From assembly GCA_000708835.1 (NCBI GenBank), contig DF237080.1, positions 62,001 through 126,000 on the forward strand: a stretch of DNA of 64,000 nucleotides, read 5' to 3'. Below are positions 49,666 through 61,395 of this stretch, one piece after another (position 1 is the first letter of the stretch; each line of letters opens with the position of its first letter). The translations under genes and the position numbers were made by a program. This DNA is from Klebsormidium nitens. Its lineage: Eukaryota; Plantae; Klebsormidiophyceae. The notes under the pieces were generated by a model. It was not told where the DNA came from. It searched no databases and worked only from the letters and a program-made list of their open reading frames with translations.

Positions 49666-50541
49666 TCAGCAACAGCGGGCTCCCAGCTGCCGTGGCTGGA
49701 CTTTCTTGGATCCTGGAACGATCGTCTATGCTCTGGACCAGCTCGTGTGCTCTAAGACCAGCTCCTATCCAACTACTGCGGGTTGCGCAGCAGCCCCCGA
49801 GTGCCCTGGAGCTGGGACGCTTGGCCCATTAAGGTGATGACGCAGTCACCCCTGTGCAAGAAGCGAGTTCTTCAGCAATCAGCTCCACTGAACTCGCACT
49901 TTCTTGAGATGGACCGTCCTTTGCTCTTCTGCTCGAGTATGGTTGTGCTGGAACCCTTCACTTTTTGAGAATCTATGTTTTCAGAAGATGGGGCCCAGGG
50001 CGTAGGTGCCACCAGTATCTAAACTTTCAGAGGCTCAGAGCGCAGGGGCTTGAAGTTGAACGTGATACAAGAAGTGTCCTGGACCAGACAAGAACTTCTT
50101 GCATGAAGTTGCAAGAAGCACCAAATGGAGGGTCTCTGCCATGGGCCTGGCTACCATAATACCTAGGTTAACGCGTTGTTGCTGACTTTCGATATGTGGA
50201 TGTGTTGACAAGGGTTCCGCATGTGGTTCCGCCTAACTGTCTGCGCTAACAGACTCACACCAAACCTGGTACCGGAGGGTTCCCGTTAGCGCGGTTAGAG
50301 CTCCATCACTCCGCCCGGCGCTTGTCGAACGGAAACCTCAGCTGTTGCCTTTTCAAAAACGTCCTCAAATTTTAACCAGGCTCCAATTGGACTAGCAGAC
50401 ATTTCCCGCATGTGAATGCAGTGGTCGCAGCATTGCTCATTGCTCATTGCAGTGCATGCGCATTCGGGGAGCTCCAAAGCTATGCTGCATTCAGCTCTGT
50501 AAGGGGAAGGGAGAAAGTAGCTTCACAAGTCTGCTTCCGCC
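49666..50541. promoter_or_regulatory. Probable divergent (bidirectional) promoter region between the DOMON gene and ACS
   Basis: Head-to-head ATGs only 876 bp apart; no specific elements identified. Inferred from geometry only. Confidence 0.45.
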
Positions 50542-53500
50542 ATGGATTTTGAGTCTGCAGCAGCAGATGCTGTCCCTGAAGAATTGTACCACCCGCCGAA
50601 GGGCTTCAGAGAACGGGCGCTGATTAGGTCGAGAGAGGAATATGATGCATTGTATAGGGAGTCCATCGAGGACCCTGAGAACTTTTGGAGCAAGCAGGCG
50701 GAGCCATTCCACTGGGAGAGAAAGTGGACGGTAAGTCTCAAAAGCAACCTGGAATTGATTGAATTCGACCAGCTTCTCTAGAAGGAGCTCCTGAATGACG
50801 GAGCTTCTTGACCAGAACACAAACTTTTGGCATGTAGACAAAGGTTTTAGAATTACTTCAGAAAGAGCTTCTGAGGTGAACAGTGGAAATCAGCAATTTG
50901 TGGCAAGACAGATTCAACTCAAGTTCTGGTGGCCCGTCCAGCTTTTGTGCGGTGCTTTTTGAGTGGGCTGAATTTGTCTCCGAACTTGTTTGCACAAAGT
51001 CTTAGCAGCTTTGGAACTCCCCTTGACCACATTCAGACACTGGCACCCATCCTTGGGGGGGCTTGAAGGATGTCCATTTGGTCCAGGTTTAAACTTGTGC
51101 ACATAATCCTACCCACCACTTTTTCAAAAAGGTGTTCTTTCTTAAGTACAATTGCTTGTACCTTCATTGACAGACGGCCCCCATGCGGTGCTCCATTTCG
51201 TGCCCTCCTTTGTCGGCGCCTCTCCCTCAAGAACGACGTGCATAGAAAGCTCCAAAAATCAGTTCGGTGTTTCAAAGCTATGCAAGAATCTCATCCCTAC
51301 TTTCATCCCTACTTTTTCTTTCAATGATTCCTGTCTGCATGCCCAACATTCGGAGGGCTTTCAAAAGCTTTCATCATTATTTCATCTTGTCCTTTTGTGT
51401 GTGAGATTTAATGGTGCTGTGCCCTTCCACGAAGCCTCATTCTGCCATACTTAAGTAAGAAAAACAAGGAGGGATCTGCGCCCGGTGATTAGCAGCATCC
51501 GATTGGTGAATGCTTGATACAATTGTCAACATTCACCTTTCTACATCTGAAGTCCTGACGTCTTAAAGGGCTTTAACCCTTAACTTTTCAAGAATGAGTG
51601 GTCACTCTTTGTGTGTCAACTTAGATAAGCTCGTGGCCCTCAATTCTCTAGAGGTGTTTGACAGAACAGTGATTCTGAAAAGTTCTCATACCGTAACTCT
51701 GAAAACTATATGCGACTCCAGAGAAATTATATGTGCCGAGTCAAAGCCGCTTAGTAATGATGGTTCTCAATCTCTTTTGCAGGCCCCTTTCTGCGAGTAC
51801 AACTTTGACATGCGCAAGGGCCCCATCGTTGTGAACTGGTTCACTGGGGCCCAAACAAACGTGTCATATAATGCTCTGGACCGCCACGTGAAAGCGGGGC
51901 GGGGGGACAAGGTGGCGTTCTACTGGGAGGGAAATGATGTCGGCATAAGCAACACGCTAACTTACAAGGACCTTCTGACAAAGGTCAGGGACTTGTTTCA
52001 CATACTCTCTTTCACAAGGAAGGGGAGAAAAGTGATCTGTGTCCTTTCCTTCAATCTGATGGAACAGGGCCGGTCGATGTTGTATGCTAAGGAAAACTTC
52101 TGTTCTAAAACTATCAAAATGCCAGGATAGTATTGTCCGCCAGAGGATGAGACTATGAAAATAATTGTGCGCATGCACTTTGGGTAATCACGATTTCAAG
52201 TGGGCCTTTCCAAGACTCAGTGTCAAGCCCAGAAAGCCCCACTAGCTTTCCTGACCAGAGAAGGGTGTCATACCAGATCAACCTGAATGTGCAAACAAGA
52301 TTCGTTTTGATCTATGCCAACGCAGCCAATAACTTGACACCGTTTTGGCAGGTGTGTAAGATCGCGAACTTCCTCAAGAGCGAGGGAGTCAAGGCTGGCG
52401 ACACTGTGAGCATCTACCTTCCAATGATCACCGAACTGCCTGCGGCCATGCTGGCCTGTGCTCGGATTGGTACGCTCTGTTACCCTTCTTCTCGTGCACT
52501 TCACGTCAGTATTTCAAGTCGTGCCCAAACGCCTGCCGACAGTTCGATGTAAGAGAGGCTGCTTCAGCTGTGACAGGTCCATTGACATTGGCACTGCGGC
52601 TGCGTTTGTGGATTTCTAGCCCTCGTGATACGTTTCGGTCTCTTTGATACGATTTGAGCAGAACTGTGAGTTTTAGTAGGAGGCAGCGGCTGATATCGAC
52701 TAAAAAGTAAGGATCAAAAAGCTGAGTTTTTGTTATTTCGTAAGAACTGCATCCGGGGTTCTCATCATTCCGTAAAGCTCGTCGTGACCTGTCAGGATGC
52801 ATAATAACGATTCGAGGACTTGGTCACCCTGTATACAGATGCTTCGGGCTATCTCGTGAATTGGAAAGAGACTCTTCCACAGTGCTCAATGATGCAGACA
52901 AGCAGTAGACGACATAAACGAGAATATACCCGAAGTAAAGCCAGCTCCTGTTCTTCGTTCTAAAGTTGGAGAACGCATGGAAAGAATCTGTTGCCGAAGC
53001 TTGCAATGGCAGGACTCGTCAATTCACCGTGAAGAAGCCGAATCTCGTTCTTACTAGATTTGATTATTGGAAGTAAGTACTATTGACTGGTAATGCGAGA
53101 CAACACCTGAAACGCATGACCTTTCCGATCTCCTGACAGGTGCGGTTCACTCGGTAGTTTTCGCTGGGTTCTCTGCGGAGTCTTTGGGCGACCGGTTGAT
53201 CGACTCCCGGTCCCGAGTGCTCCTGACCGCCACGGGGGTGCTCCGAGGCACCAAGCTGGTCGGCCTCAAGCAGATTGTAAGCCCCCCTTTTAAGCGCGCA
53301 CCTTTTAGAGAACCTCTTTCTTGACTTAACCTTCAGAGGGCAGGGCAAAATTTTTGGGTCAGATCGCAGGTACGGACCGAAAGGTTGTCACAGGATGGGG
53401 ATGGGGAGGCTACATTAGAATGAACGGTTGGAAAGCACACCTCGATGGAAAAGTTGGGCGGATAACAATCCCCAGTGTAAGATCAGAAGCTCCGAGAGTC

Positions 53501-56500
53501 AGTATATAAGCGCCTTAGGCAGACGGGGGATAGTCAGTGAGTGTAGAGTAGACGTGGGGGCGGAGCAGGAGGTTGTCGGGTTCACCATTTTGGAGTGTGT
53601 TGTTCTTAGAAGTTTTTTCTGTCGAGGCGAAGACTTGCGAAGAGCTCAAGCCCTGGGAGGTGCAAAATTGTATGACAACAGTTCAGTTTAAGGTTCTGAC
53701 TCTGCGTGTGCTGAAGGGCTTACAATGTTCCGCCACGCAGCATCTGCAAAGAAGGCAGCTCGAATCAATTTGGATTCAAGAAAGCATCCGGATGCACCTA
53801 CATCAACCTGGAAAGGCCTTTTCCCAGCACGGAAACCGGGACAGGACAAGTCGAAACAGCAAGACTCTGGAAAAACATCATGACACGTGGCGGGGTTCAT
53901 CGCAGGTCGACGAAGCCTGCGAACGGTCTGCCAAAGGCGGTCACACGGTCGAAAAAGTGGTGGTTTATGATAACGCAACGGCCATGAAGGTGAGTATGAT
54001 CGAACTACAGAGAGAGATTGGGGGTTTCTGAGGTTTTCGCTGTTGGAAGATGAGGAGGCAATTCGAGTTTTTCTGTTGGAATAGCTAGATCGAGATAGAC
54101 ACTGCCCAGATAGACTGTGGCTTAAATGGACTCTTCAGGGTGAACACGAGTATGAAACGTGTCTAGTTTGGGTTCAAATATTAGTCAGTGTCGCCCCGGC
54201 TTGTAAAGCTCCAACACAACACACAGCTTAATCAGCACACTTTGAGGCTTATGGAACGAGCGGTGTAAGCGCGCCTTGACAAATGCTGCATCGTTCAACA
54301 ACTCTTGCCGAGTTGTTGGTGAGCATTTGTGCATCGAATGATTTGATCAGCCTTGCAATCATTGACACTGTGCTCCGCTGGTTTGTACTTATCCGCAGAG
54401 GGAGGACGTGCAGATGGTCGAAGGGCGGGACGTCTGGTGGCAGGACGCGGTCGAGAAGCAGGAGGACGAGTGCGAGGTGAGGTGACGTCGGCTTCCCTTG
54501 ACAAGATTCAAACGGGAAAGCTGAGGTGACGTCAGCTTCTCTAAACAAGATTCACCTGTTGGACTGTGTGTGCGATCTGACATAATGTCAGCCCTCTTTT
54601 TAGACCCACGAATCGAAATGTGAAAAAAACTGGTTCAAAGATACGTAAGCGACCAGACTTTTGCACGTTTGGTTATAGAGTACCAAGATCCGAATCCCTC
54701 GTTGGTCGTTTGCATGGACAAAAAGGCGCCACGCTTGACGCTGGGCACAAGCGGCAGCACAAGAATTCCTAGCATCTCGGACTAACTTTGAAACCCCAAC
54801 GCCTATATCCAGAGATCCCGAACCGGTGAATTTGGTTCAGGTCGTTTGCATGAACGCCCAGGCGCCGCTGTTCGTGCTGCACACGAGCGGCAGCACGGAG
54901 AAACCTAGTCCGTCCGACTCCGTCGAGGCACTCAAGTTTTAGAGAGCCCTAATTTCTAATGTTAACCCGTTCCAGGTCGTTTGGATAAACGCAGAAGCGG
55001 TGCTGTTCATGCGGCAGCATCGTGAAACCTTCAATTGGAGAAAATCAAAACCCTAAACCCCGATACGTTCAGCTATAGAATCCTAAATCGTTGAATTCCC
55101 CTCAAGTCGCTTTGGATGGACGCGGAGGCGCCGCTGTACACGAGCGGCAGCACAAAGGAGCCCTTGCTTTTCCAGAAAAAGGGAACCCCGAATCGTCCAA
55201 GAATTCATTTGGAGAAGCCCTCGACCCTCCTCAAACAAACCGTTCCAGGTCGTTTGGATGGACGCGGAGGCGCCGCTGTCATGCTGTACACGAGCGGGAG
55301 CACGGGGAATAAAAAATTGTTGGAAAAGATGTCCTGTGGAAACCCTAATTTTTCGTTTTCTTCAGGTTGTTTGGATGGATGCGGAGGCACCGCTGTTCAT
55401 GCTGTACACGAGTGGGAGCACGGGCACGCCGAAGGGCGTGCAGCACACGACGGCGGGGTACATGGTTGGCGCAGCGACCACGTTCAAGTACATCTTCGAC
55501 TATCATGACGACGACGTCTACTGGTGAGAGGGACCACTCTTTGCGCCACAAGATGATTATGAAACTTTCGCAGTCTCTTTCTTCTATCGTATCCCTGTTG
55601 TTAGTAGTCACATGCTGCGCGTCCAGTCGCCCCCATTGTCCACCTGTTCCAATGGGTGCGGCGCGACCGTCGGCCTGCATGAAAGGCTAACTCATCGTCT
55701 ATCGTTCGGCCCCTCTCTCCCCGCTGCTACGCATCGGTTCTGATTACAATACGCTACAATTTTCCTTTTCAAACCTACTTTCCAGGTTGCTGGTTTCTGC
55801 TGATTGGATTTCGTTCTTTGCCCACCCCTCCATCTTCATCCGCAGAATCTCTGATCAGTTGCCAGCCCTTAGCGCTGCCACCTCTCACCTACTGTCTTTG
55901 CCACGTGTCCAGGTGCACTGCCGACTGCGGCTGGATCACCGGCCACTCGTACATGACCTACGGGCCGCTCCTGAATGGCGCCACGTGTGTCGTGTTTGAG
56001 GGCATTCCCACGCACCCGGATGCTGGGCGATCCTGGGAGATCGTTGACAAGTGAGGTCCAAGCCGGTCGACTGATTCTGTATGGTACACTGTGCATCGAC
56101 CATCTCAATATAAAGTCAAGAATATCGGCGTGAGTGCCTGTTCACACTTATTTAGAACGCGTCACGCTAGTCGCGACTTTGGTGTCCGATATCTGCGATT
56201 ACTTGTACCTGCAGGCGCTGGGACTTCGGCCTCAGCCTGTTCATGGAAAGAGGTTTGCTTGTCTGCCTGGAACGACCGGGATCGGATAGGAACGCTCTCA
56301 GCGTTGCTAATGTCGCGCGCAGTTGTCGGTTTGAAAGTCCTGAAGATTCACAACTCCTATTTACAGGTACAAAGTGACAGTCTTCTACACAGCCCCGACT
56401 GCCATCAGAGCGCTCATGAGATGCGGCGATGAGGTGAGGTTCTTGAAAAGCCTTTCCGACGCTCAGCCGTTTGCAACCGAAGTCCGTCCGGTCAAAGAAC

Positions 56501-59500
56501 GAAACTTTGGTTTTCTGCGTGCACTCTTCTGCGGTTTGACGTTTTGTTCACGAGAGGCCTACTTTCGAGTCAAAGCCCACGAGGAGCCGCTGACTTGGTC
56601 GTACTTTAAAATAGACGGAGGCGCGTCCTGTTCAGCTCCCCAGGTCTACTAGCACAAACTCTACTCAAGAGAATGCAAGACACCAGCCAACGTATGAACA
56701 TTCGCTAAAGTTGACTGGCTGGTTGGATTCCACACAAGGATCCGCCCTTCGAGCATTTTCGTCATTATACGTGACAGCTGGGATTGTACTGTCCTACAAA
56801 GCGCCAGATGCTTTGGGCTTCTGCGCAGCAGGGCCGTTTAAATTATGCATCATTGATTGGGTCATTTTAAGAAGAAGAGCGCACTATGTCTCTGCACTCT
56901 CTCCACCCACAGCCTTCGGCACCTCCTGCTGAAACACTTTCAGAATCGAGAGGAGAAAGCCGCTCTTCTTGAATCATCGACAGCAGATTGCGTTCAATCA
57001 AACAGTCCTGGGCACTTCAACCAGAAACTCTAACACAAGGCATGACTCGCTCCGCACCCGCACCACTTTTACCTCCCAGCTACGGGTGCTTAGTTCACTG
57101 CAACCTGCCCTTGATTCAGGCAACTTGTTAGGCATTCTAAAAGCAGGAAAGTTACCATTCGGAAATCCAGGATCACCGGAGTAATGCACGAGAAGCTAAC
57201 ATCCGTCTTGTCTCTCTCGTGCAGTTCCCAGAGAAGCACAGCCTGGCGTCGCTCCGGTTGCTGGGCAGTGTGGGTGAGCCCATCAACCCCGAGGCCTGGC
57301 GCTGGTATCACTCCGCAATTGGCCACGGCAAGTGCCCGATCGTCGACACGTGGTGGCAGACTGAGACGGGAGGCATCATGGTGAGCCGTCTTTTCTCGTG
57401 CCATCAATCTAGGGAAGTGCTTCTGTCTACTTTTGTAGAGGGGTCGGATGCGTTTTTGAGTTTGATCTCGATGGGGGCTCGCTCCTGCTCGGCTGCGCTG
57501 CGGAGTCGCATTGGTGCAGGAACGTTGTCAGCGTCGGTTGGGTCGTGCGGTGCTCAGAAAGGTGGCGCCACCAACAGTTGCTGCTTGTCGTTCAGAAGGT
57601 AGAGCCCAATCCATCGACTTTGAAACGCCTTTTCTGTTTGTGCGCAATGGCCCTGAGGTTGCTGCTGGGGCTGTTCAGAAAGGCAACTGCGAAACATCGA
57701 GAATTATGCTGTGGCACGCTTGACGCATGCAGTTGTGCCACGTGTCTCGCAGATTACGCCGCTGCCCGGTGCCTGGCCGCTCAAGCCCGGTTCCGCAACG
57801 CTCCCCTTCTTTGGAGTGCAGCCTGCTATTGTCGACGAGCACGGGAACGAGCTAGAGGTAAGAAGCGGCGAAGCTTTCACCAGGTTTGTGATTTGTCTGC
57901 TTCGCGAGCTTTTTGATAGAAAGTATCAAGATTGACCTAGCGGTAAAGCTCGACCGATTGACTGCAACTCTCAATCTTTGAGAACCGGACGCCTCGATCT
58001 CTGGTAGAGTCAACCTTCAAACTTCGATTGAGGAGTCAACGCCTTTTGATAGCCTTAGAAGGTTGGAAAATTTAAGACGTCTCGCGACATGCTCTTCGGT
58101 CCTGTCCTGGAGTTGGGGCCTGAACAACCGATTCGTCCACGAAAGCTTTATAGACGACACGTGGCGCCATCACTCCATCAGAGCCGTCCATTTGTGTCCG
58201 CAGGGCGTGTGCAACGGCTACCTGTGCATCAAGCGCGCGTGGCCCAGCTGCATGCGGACCGTCCGAAACGACCACGCGCGGTTTGAGGCGACCTACTTCC
58301 AGGCGTACAAGGTGCGGAGGTCGCCTAGCCAGAAGTCTTTGTTTTGTACCGGAAGCAACGGTTTCTTTGGGTCCGGGACTAACGGTTGGCTAGCACACGG
58401 ACCTTTGCGTCCGACCGTTTTGTGGACCATTGTCTCTGTGAGAACCGGTGGAAGGAGACCCCGGACTGCGGTTTCCAGTCCCAGACACCCCCACCGCTTG
58501 GTACTTGATGCGCGCGTGACGGGTGTGCAGTACTATGTCAATGACTCACGGCAGTCTGGCCGTCAGTGCGATTACCGCGACCTTTGTACAGGCTGAAGGC
58601 CGCTATGCTTGGTCGCCAGCAAGCCGCCATCTCAAAACTCACAGGTGGTGACGTTACAAGACCTCTTTTGCTCGCGCACAGAGTACCAAGCGGTGTGGGG
58701 GTCCCGGAGTGCAAACTGCAGTCCTCGTTCTCTTCCACCGGTTCTGCGAGCTTACAGCTCGGGGTTTTTCTCTTGTCATCCATTCGCTTTTCTCCCCTCT
58801 CGTTCCGCAAACCACGAAGCCACATTGGTCGAATGCCATACGCGCTCGATAATGAGCATACAATACGAGAGCGCTGAAGGACCTGACGGTGCGCATCGGT
58901 TCGCAGGGTTACTATTTCACAGGTGACGGCTGTCGGCGAGACGAGGACGGCTACTACTGGCTCACGGGCCGGGTCGATGACGTCATCAACGTCAGGTGAC
59001 TCCCTGGTCGTGACTGATCGTTCTGTTGCCTTTTCTCCCTCAGCAAAGAACAGCCGGGGACGGAACGGAATGCGTCTTTGGGATCGGTGTCAAGAGAGTC
59101 GGAAAGCGACGAGCAGCGGGATACACTCTACAAGCGTGCTTGACAGCCGAGTAGCCGCAAGTGGAGAAAAAGGTTGTTTTGTTGTCATCGAGTGATTGAT
59201 TCCCGGACGACGTTCTGAATTGGGTCGCATCTGCTGACGTGGCGGCCCCATTCGGATAGACGGCAACTGAAACCAAGTATCAGAGTCCGAGCAATTCTGG
59301 AGTTCGCGCCCTCTCCCGGCATTGTCAAACCTTATTAAAGTCCAAGTGGCTTGTGCGGTCTCACAAGCAAGGTATTGAATGGTGTGAACGCCCTCCTGAA
59401 GCAAAAGAATTGCTTACAGCCTATTTACACCGTCTTCGTTTGCAGTGGGCACCGGATTGGGACGGCAGAGGTAGAGAGCGCGCTGGTAGCACATGACATC

Positions 59501-61395
59501 TGTGCCGAGGTGAAATGTTTTGCATATCGCCTCAAATTTGATTTCTCATTCCCAGATTATAAAGCGTAGATATTACGCTTACCTCACTCCTCCTCTTTGG
59601 TTCGCTCTGCCTTTGTCAAGCTTGTCTTGATTTGAAGAGCGATGTGCCGGACTTCTCCCCTGATGCATCCAAACTGGCTTTAAAATGTCCTTTGGTTTCC
59701 AGAATTGCTCTCTTGAGTGGAACCAAAACCTCGTGTCCGTTGCGCAGGCTGCCGTGGTTGGTTACGAGCACCCTATCAAGGGGCAAGGGATCTACGCTTT
59801 TGTCAGCCTGATGGAAGGGTAAGCTTGCTTCACTCGTTAAATCCTTTCCTTATCTGTAAGGTTACCCACTGTGAATCGAATATGATGCAGCTTTCTTTAA
59901 GCAAAGCAAGTGGTAAATCCTTTCTCTCCCGCTGCTTACCAGCCGCAACCCACCTTGATTCATTTCACTTACTTCCGTAACATCTTTATATCAGACATTC
60001 GCTTACGTCCCCAGCGTTTTGCCTTTTCATAAACTGCACGTCCTCTCCGAGTCTTCCGCCTCATTCTTCGAACCGTTATTCAAACACTGCCTGGCCGCTT
60101 GTTTCTGGCGGCATCAAATCTCAGCCAACCTGAACCCTTCGTTCTGGTGCCACGTGGACAGCGTACAGCCGTCCGAGCAGGTTCGGACGGCACTAAAGGC
60201 CGCCGTCCGGCAGCACATCGGCGCGTTCGCGACGCCTGACGTCATCCACTGGGCGCCCGGCCTGCCCAAGACGGTACGTCATCCCGCCATCCGCTGGCAA
60301 TCGACCTTTTGCCGCTTGAACTGTTCCGATCGTTTCATTCATTTTGTCAGCATCCATGTTCCTCTCCTGTTCGAAGACTTATTACGCTTGAATTAGATTC
60401 CGGCTCTGTTCTGCGATGCGCTTGGTATGCGTTTTGCTCCTTATCCATCTCCGCTCGTGTGACTCATCTGGCCTTCGAGTCGAGCAGAAACGTCTGCCAA
60501 GGTAGGAGCGGCTCGCTTTATAAGCTGTTTTGAAAGCAGGAACTTACTTTATTTTAGGACGCTGTCTGTCACGTTACCACGAGAGCCGTCCAGATTATAA
60601 CAAAGATGCGTTCGAAGCTGTCGCCAATATCTTTGTTGACATGTACAGTGTGTGTCTGAGCTGCGCTCTGTTGAGCTTTTACCCCAACATACCTGACGCG
60701 TATAATCAGACTGACTTTGAAAACGGGATTCAATTTCCAACGCCGACTTTCTGTACAACTGGAGAGGACGATCTTAGAAGGAAGGAAGAAAAGACCCACA
60801 CAGTACGCTCCGTCTCAAAGGCTTCTGGAAGGCGCCGACGATCCAGCTTACGCGTACAGTGGAACTCACATACTCGTCCAGTCACCCAAAATTTTGGTAA
60901 TGTTTACAACGTCAGTTGTATAACTTCATCTGAGCAGCTTTGGCGGTTTTGACGCCCCTCGCTTGTCTGCGCTGCAGCGGTCTGGCAAGATCATGCGGCG
61001 CATCCTACGCAAGATTGCGTCCGGGGAGCTGGACGCTTTGGGTGAGCTATCTCGTCGATTCGTCTACGCTTTCCCACTCCTGACACTGCTTCTTCTCTTT
61101 TGCTTTTCGTTTTCATCCTCTTTTGCATCTCATCTGAGCCCACCGGTGTCCCTGGCGACTGAGAATGAGAATTCGTTGACGCATGACCAATGCCTGACCA
61201 CTCAGAAGATGGCCTTTGACAACGACAAACGAACGGTTCTTCGGTTCGGAAAGCCGTCAGACAAATTAAGGTCTAAGGGAAGGGTTAGTTGCCACAGTAA
61301 CCTGTGTTGATTGCTCGTGCCTTACTGCAGGTGACATCAGCACGCTGGCGGACCCAAGTGTGGTCGAGGTCTTGGTCAAGAACAAGGGGTTGTGA
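50542..61395 (+). CDS. ACS: Acetyl-CoA synthetase (acetate-CoA ligase), 18 exons, ~667 aa
   Basis: Exons 50542-50730, 51783-51983, 52352-52469, 53140-53276, 53906-53989, 54399-54476, 55366-55523, 55913-56050, 56367-56433, 57225-57380, 57753-57857, 58204-58311, 58907-58995, 59446-59509, 59748-59818, 60162-60273, 60978-61041, 61331-61395. Motifs [72 protein letters not shown]. Confidence 0.96.
54700..55400 (+). repeat. Six-unit ~130-bp tandem array: five decayed copies of the ACS exon-7 acceptor and exon start, then the real exon
   Basis: GTCGTTTG(G/C)AT..GCG..GCTG..CACGAGCGG.AGCAC blocks at ~54705, 54841, 54976, ~55107 and 55249, with the functional exon at 55366. Confidence 0.92.
58441..58745. 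repeat. Foldback/MITE-like element with ~75-bp imperfect inverted repeats in ACS intron 12
   Basis: 58441-58516 (agaaccggtggaag..ccaccgcttggtact..gcgcg) is the imperfect reverse complement of 58671-58745; no TSD recognised. Confidence 0.7.

Noticed and set aside
45355-55400. CRISPR-like repeat-spacer interpretation of the periodic arrays at 45.4-45.8 kb and 54.7-55.4 kb
   Set aside because: The context is eukaryotic, the repeats are exon-edge copies, the 'spacers' are homologous to each other, and there are no cas genes.
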